A stretch of 64,000 bases of DNA from an uncultured Prochlorococcus sp. (lineage in GTDB: Bacteria > Cyanobacteriota > Cyanobacteriia > PCC-6307 > Cyanobiaceae): contig CACGVZ010000002.1 of assembly GCA_902576415.1 (NCBI GenBank), forward strand, positions 11,852 to 75,851, written 5' to 3'. The translations under genes were made by a program, and so were the position numbers. The notes beneath the pieces were generated by a model. It had not been told where the DNA came from. It did not search any database and was given only the letters and a program-made list of their open reading frames with translations. Shown here piece by piece: positions 63,757-64,000 of the stretch (position 1 is the stretch's first letter; every line of letters begins with the position of its first letter).

Positions 63757-64000
63757 TGGAAAATAATTTTATCTATTTAGATAATGCATCCACAACTCCA
63801 TTATCTGAGAATGTTCTAAATATAATTAATTCAACTTATAGGAATTATTGGCATAACCCTTCATCTACATATGAGCTAGGGATAAAATGTTCTACATATC
63901 TTGAAAAAATTAGATCTAAAATTGCTTATATATTTGACGCAGATCCAGAGGATATAATTTTTACATCTGGTTCTTCGGAATCGACAAATATTGTATTTAA
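63756..64000 (+). CDS. cysteine desulfurase (NifS/IscS family), 5' part; runs off window end
   Basis: Manual translation MENNFIYLDNASTTP…NPSS…IIFTSGSSESTN; TGATG overlap with dapF. Confidence 0.85.
   Translation, partial: MENNFIYLDNASTTPLSENVLNIINSTYRNYWHNPSSTYELGIKCSTYLEKIRSKIAYIFDADPEDIIFTSGSSESTNIVF

Noticed and set aside
1-64000. CRISPR arrays, IS elements, prophage, riboswitches, Yfr-type ncRNAs
   Set aside because: No repeat-spacer arrays, transposases, integrases or recognisable structured-RNA motifs found by eye; spacers are short. An Infernal/Rfam scan would be needed to exclude small ncRNAs

Overview
A very AT-rich, densely packed stretch of cyanobacterial core chromosome. Gene content (psaK, psb28, PAM68, GUN4, ycf19/ycf49-type genes), the unsplit intein-free dnaE, the short intergenic spacers and the low GC content point to a streamlined high-light Prochlorococcus; this taxonomic call is inference. 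The window holds about 60 mostly housekeeping genes, from a partial ABC transporter, trpD and carA through gatA, dnaE, dnaG, umuDC, secDF, glnA, pykF, dxs, htpG, dnaK-dnaJ, leuS and dapF to a partial cysteine desulfurase, plus one tRNA-Ser(GGA). I see no integrase, transposase, prophage, CRISPR array or defence island. The features most worth a second look are: a LexA-boxed umuD-umuC unit with a tightly linked HExxH zinc-peptidase-like third gene; two small membrane-protein ORFs below the ORF-track cutoff (31 and 46 aa); two genes that appear to need non-canonical start codons (STAS protein with ATA, scpB with ACG); and a well-formed NtcA promoter that corrects the glnA start. No clearly novel large system is supported by the sequence.
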